Assembly: GCF_004010195.1 (NCBI RefSeq)
Contig: NC_057719.1
Span: forward strand, 18,435,159-18,499,158
Reading direction: 5' to 3'
Source of the DNA: Chiloscyllium plagiosum
Taxonomy: Eukaryota
Length of the DNA stretch: 64,000 nt
The notes under the pieces were generated by a model. It searched no databases and was not told where the DNA came from. It saw only the letters and a program-made list of their open reading frames with translations. Position numbers and translations under genes: made by a program. Positions 62,541 to 64,000 of this stretch are shown here, in pieces. The stretch's first letter is position 1; every line of letters begins with the position of its first letter.

Positions 62541-64000
62541 GCTCATTAAGTCTGGCGTCATGGAGAAAACATTGCTTGAATGAAAGCTCTAGTTCTATGA
62601 GTTATTCTTACAATTGTACAATGTGTATTTCCACAAGAAAAAGAGCTATCAAGAGCTTGTAGTTTCAGCTACTGGTACTTTAATAGGTCTGGACACTTTT
62701 AATGGGCTGTAGAAAAGTAATATATATCTATTACCATGGCAAGTTATGAATGAATGACTTTTCTTAAATATTATTCATACATTATATTGTCACTATATGG
62801 TTCAATTGTTTTGTACAAAGTATTTAGCAGCTTTATTGGCGCGAAAGTGACATAGATTGGTATGGAGGGAAAGAGGGGTCATTGGGATTGGGTGGTAGGA
62901 CATAGATTGGTTTAAAGAGTCTGATAAACCATGAAGAGTGGAAGGATATAGCTTGGCATGAGGCCTATGGCAAGACCTTTTGAAATTACCTTTCTAAAGG
63001 TCTTGCTCTTCCAGACTGTGATCCATGACACCTCTGAGCGATTGTGAACTACAATACTTTAAAAGCTAATTGTGACTCCATGAAAACTATTGGAACCTGG
63101 ACAATCCTCTACCTGGAATAGTGAGGTCAGGAATGCAAGGTTCTTTGATTACTTTTTGTATTTATCCACTTTATTTTAGTGAATTGTGCACATGGATGCC
63201 TGTACATTTTTGGTTATCTGCACCTCCTGTATTTCCACCAATGAGAAAATATTTTCATGAGTATCATTCTTGGATCCAAAGTATACACATCACACATCTG
63301 CCATTGAATTCTATTGGTGCTTGCATTTCAGAAAGAAATAAGTGAGTGAGATCATGTGAGATCATTTAACTTAAGGAGCAGGAGATGGCTTAGTTAATTG
63401 TATGAGGAAAGTTCTCTGATGTTACTTGTTTTAGCTACACTGAATTGCCTAGAGTTTGTACTTCAATTGAAACAAGTTTGTTAGCATACCCCAGTTAACA
63501 GTCATGAAATTTCCTGCACAATTTGCAAATGCACTATCCCGCACAGTCAAAACCAGCACTGGTTAACACTGGGGCTTAAAATTAAGATTCAGTTTAAGGC
63601 TAGAGTTAAAGTTAGGGATAACCCTAAGCCTAACCCAGACAATCTTCACCTCCACGGACGTTTCCCCAACTCCATGAAAACTCACTCCATAAAGCCTTGG
63701 TTGAGATACATCTGCCTTCAGTTTTAGACACAATATCTCAGGAAGGATCTCAGCTGACACTGGAGAGGGTACAGTGCAGATTGACTGAAAGAGTAAAATT
63801 TGCGATTTTGTAGTCAGAATCTTGGCAAATTAGTTTGCAGTTAAAAAGTTCAGCAGTGTTCTAACTGAGATGCTTAAAATGTTATAGAAATTGGATAGAA
63901 AGGATATGAAAAAGGTTTTAAAGCTCCACAACAGCAGAGCATAGTCTTAAAAGAATCACAAAACACTGGTGACATGAAGGATTGTGGAAAACAAAAATTC

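Larger units (their letters stand above)
61054..63532. repeat. Diverged ~390-bp inverted repeat, arms 61054-61450 and 63145-63532
   Basis: Collinear reverse-complement match with an exact stretch cttatttctttctgaaatgcaagcaccaatagaattcaatggcaga. Confidence 0.9.

Noticed and set aside
1..64000. The many 60-200 aa ORFs as host genes
   Set aside because: Recognisable ones are CR1, Penelope, Tx1, L2 or ERV fragments or SINE translations; the rest lack recognisable domains or a consistent exon chain.

Overview
This is repeat-dense, essentially non-coding DNA from a shark (elasmobranch). The species group is inferred from the HE1-type SINEs and HER1/CR1-type LINEs. No host protein-coding gene can be supported, and nearly all track ORFs are spurious or TE fragments. 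The main feature is a full-length, decayed class III (ERV-S/ERV-L-like) endogenous retrovirus at 37791-48241. It has two LTRs, a 5-bp TSD, a tRNA-Ser-like PBS, gag-pro-pol, an unusually long env remnant and a PPT. Its gag is split by one TSD-bounded insertion, a pre-tRNA-Asn fused to a 5'-truncated CR1 LINE. The window also holds many Penelope-like element pieces with minimal hammerhead-ribozyme cores, often as short palindromic TSD-bounded insertions. Other content includes CR1, L2 and Tx1 LINE fragments, several SINE families and solo LTRs. Several locally templated inverted or direct duplications are present. All calls come from manual reading and recalled family motifs, no database search was run, and boundaries of old repeats are approximate.
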